Origin: Ostrea edulis | Lineage: Eukaryota | NCBI RefSeq assembly: GCF_947568905.1 | Contig: NC_079170.1 | Coordinates: 77,810,001 to 77,874,000 of the forward strand | DNA length: 64,000 bases | Direction: 5' to 3' | Shown: in pieces, positions 62,685 through 64,000 of the stretch | Position numbering within the stretch: position 1 is the first letter of the stretch | Layout of the letters: each line of letters opens with the position of its first letter | Made by a program: the position numbers and the translations under genes | The notes under the pieces: generated by a model | Seen by the model: the letters and a program-made list of their open reading frames with translations, nothing else | What the model was told of the DNA's origin: nothing | The model's database searches: none

Positions 62685-62691
62685 GTAAGTA
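61335..62691 (+). mobile_element. 5'-truncated RTE-clade LINE, young insertion
   Basis: 13-bp TSD ATGGATTTGTTAT (61322-61334 and 62692-62704); 3' (TAAG)n tail; RT motifs NWRGI, EEQAGFR, DFKKAFDSV, GVRQGCILSP, LADD, FTYLGS, RGRPRTTW. Confidence 0.95.
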
Positions 62692-64000
62692 ATGGATTTG
62701 TTATAAGCGTGAATTTGTTATAAGCATGAATTCGTTATAGGCATGAATGTGTTATAAGCGTGAATTTGTTATAAGTGTGAATTCGTTATAAGCGTGAATT
62801 TGTTATAAGTGTGAATTCGTTATAAGCGTGAATTTGTTATAAACGTGAATTTGTTATAAGTGTGAATTTGTTATAAGCGTGAATTTGTTATAATCGTGAA
62901 TTTGTTATAAGCGTGAATTCGTTATAAGCGTGAATTTGTTATAAGCGTGAATTCGTTATAAGTGTGAATTTGTTATAAGTGTGAATTTGTTATAAGCATG
63001 AATTCGTTATAGGCATGAATTTGTTATAAGCGTGAATTTGTTATAAACGTGAATTTGTTATAAGCGTCAATTCGTTATAAGCGTCAATTCGTTATAAGCA
63101 TGAATGTGTTATAAGCGTGAATTTGTTATAAACGTGAATTTGTTATAAGCGTGAATTTGTTATAAGCGTCAATTCGTTATAAGCGTGAATTCGTTATAAG
63201 CATGAATGTGTTATAAGCGTGAATTTGTTATAAGCGTGAATTCGTTATAAGCGTGAATTTGTTATAAGCGTGAATTCGTTATAAGTGTGAATTTGTTATA
63301 AGTGTGAATTTGTTATAAGCATGAATTCGTTATAGGCATGAATTTGTTATAAGCGTGAATTTGTTATAAACGTGAATTTGTTATAAGCGTCAATTCGTTA
63401 TAAGCGTCAATTCGTTATAAGCATGAATGTGTTATAAGCGTGAATTTGTTATAAACGTGAATTTGTTATAAGCGTGAATTTGTTATAAGCGTCAATTCGT
63501 TATAAGCGTGAATTTGTTATAAGCATGAATGTGTTATAAGCGTGAATTTGTTATAAGCGTGAATTCGTTATAAGCGTGAATTTGTTATAAGCGTGAATTC
63601 GTTATAAGTGTGAATTCGTTATAAGCGTGAATTTGTTATAATCGTGAATTTGTTATAAGTGTGAATTCGTTATAAGCGTGAATTCGTTATAAGCATGAAT
63701 TCGTTATCAGCATAAATGTGTTATAAGCGTGAATTTGTTATAAGCGTGAATTCGTTATAAGCGTGAATTTGTTATAAGCGTGAATTTGTTATAAGTGTGA
63801 ATTCGTTATAAGCGTGAATTCGTTATAAGCGTGAATTTGTTATAAGCGTGAATTCGTTATAAGCGTGAATTTGTTATAAACGTGAATTTGTTATAAGTGT
63901 GAATTCGTTATAAGCGTGAATTTGTTATAAACGTGAATTCGTTACGCAGTTGTGTTAAGTAGGGCCATAGAAATATGTCGGAAAAAAAGCATTAATAAAC

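Larger units (their letters stand above)
61082..63945. repeat. 17-bp satellite (TT(C/T)GTTATAAGCGTGAA), interrupted by an RTE LINE at 61335-62691
   Basis: Directly visible; ~15 units before and ~74 after the LINE. Confidence 0.95.

Overview
AT-rich eukaryotic genomic DNA with GT-AG introns, most likely from a bivalve mollusc such as an oyster (inferred from the gene and repeat content, not proven). The window holds a tandem duplication (1-~16950 vs ~35431-52870) of a two-gene lectin unit. The first gene is a 4-exon secreted PAN/apple-like plus F-type (fucose) lectin gene: intact at 27577-35496, with only its last 66 nt visible for the upstream copy and a third decayed terminal exon at 24669-24885. 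The second is a 6-exon secreted fibrinogen-related (FReD) gene: copy A (1639-14806) is a pseudogene, and copy B (38605-50755) has an intact fibrinogen domain but an 11-nt exon-2 deletion. Introns and intergenic DNA are dense in mobile elements: Penelope-like (probably Naiad-type) RT remnants with about 20 short 3' tails, Tc1, pogo- and Kolobok-like TIR elements, a tyrosine-recombinase/SGNH remnant inside a TIR element, tRNA-derived SINEs, L2/CR1 fragments, and a very young RTE LINE with a 13-bp TSD inside a 17-bp satellite. The most striking signal is a ~350-bp non-coding repeat family (8 loci, 13 motif copies, including a 3.4-unit array at 53142-54340). Each unit carries a minimal type I hammerhead ribozyme with a palindromic helix III, i.e. 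a non-LTR-retrozyme-like, putatively circRNA-producing element. Almost all short ORFs in the supplied track are noise, wrong-frame or TE debris. Gene models were read by eye from splice signals and phase, and TE boundaries marked approximate are approximate.
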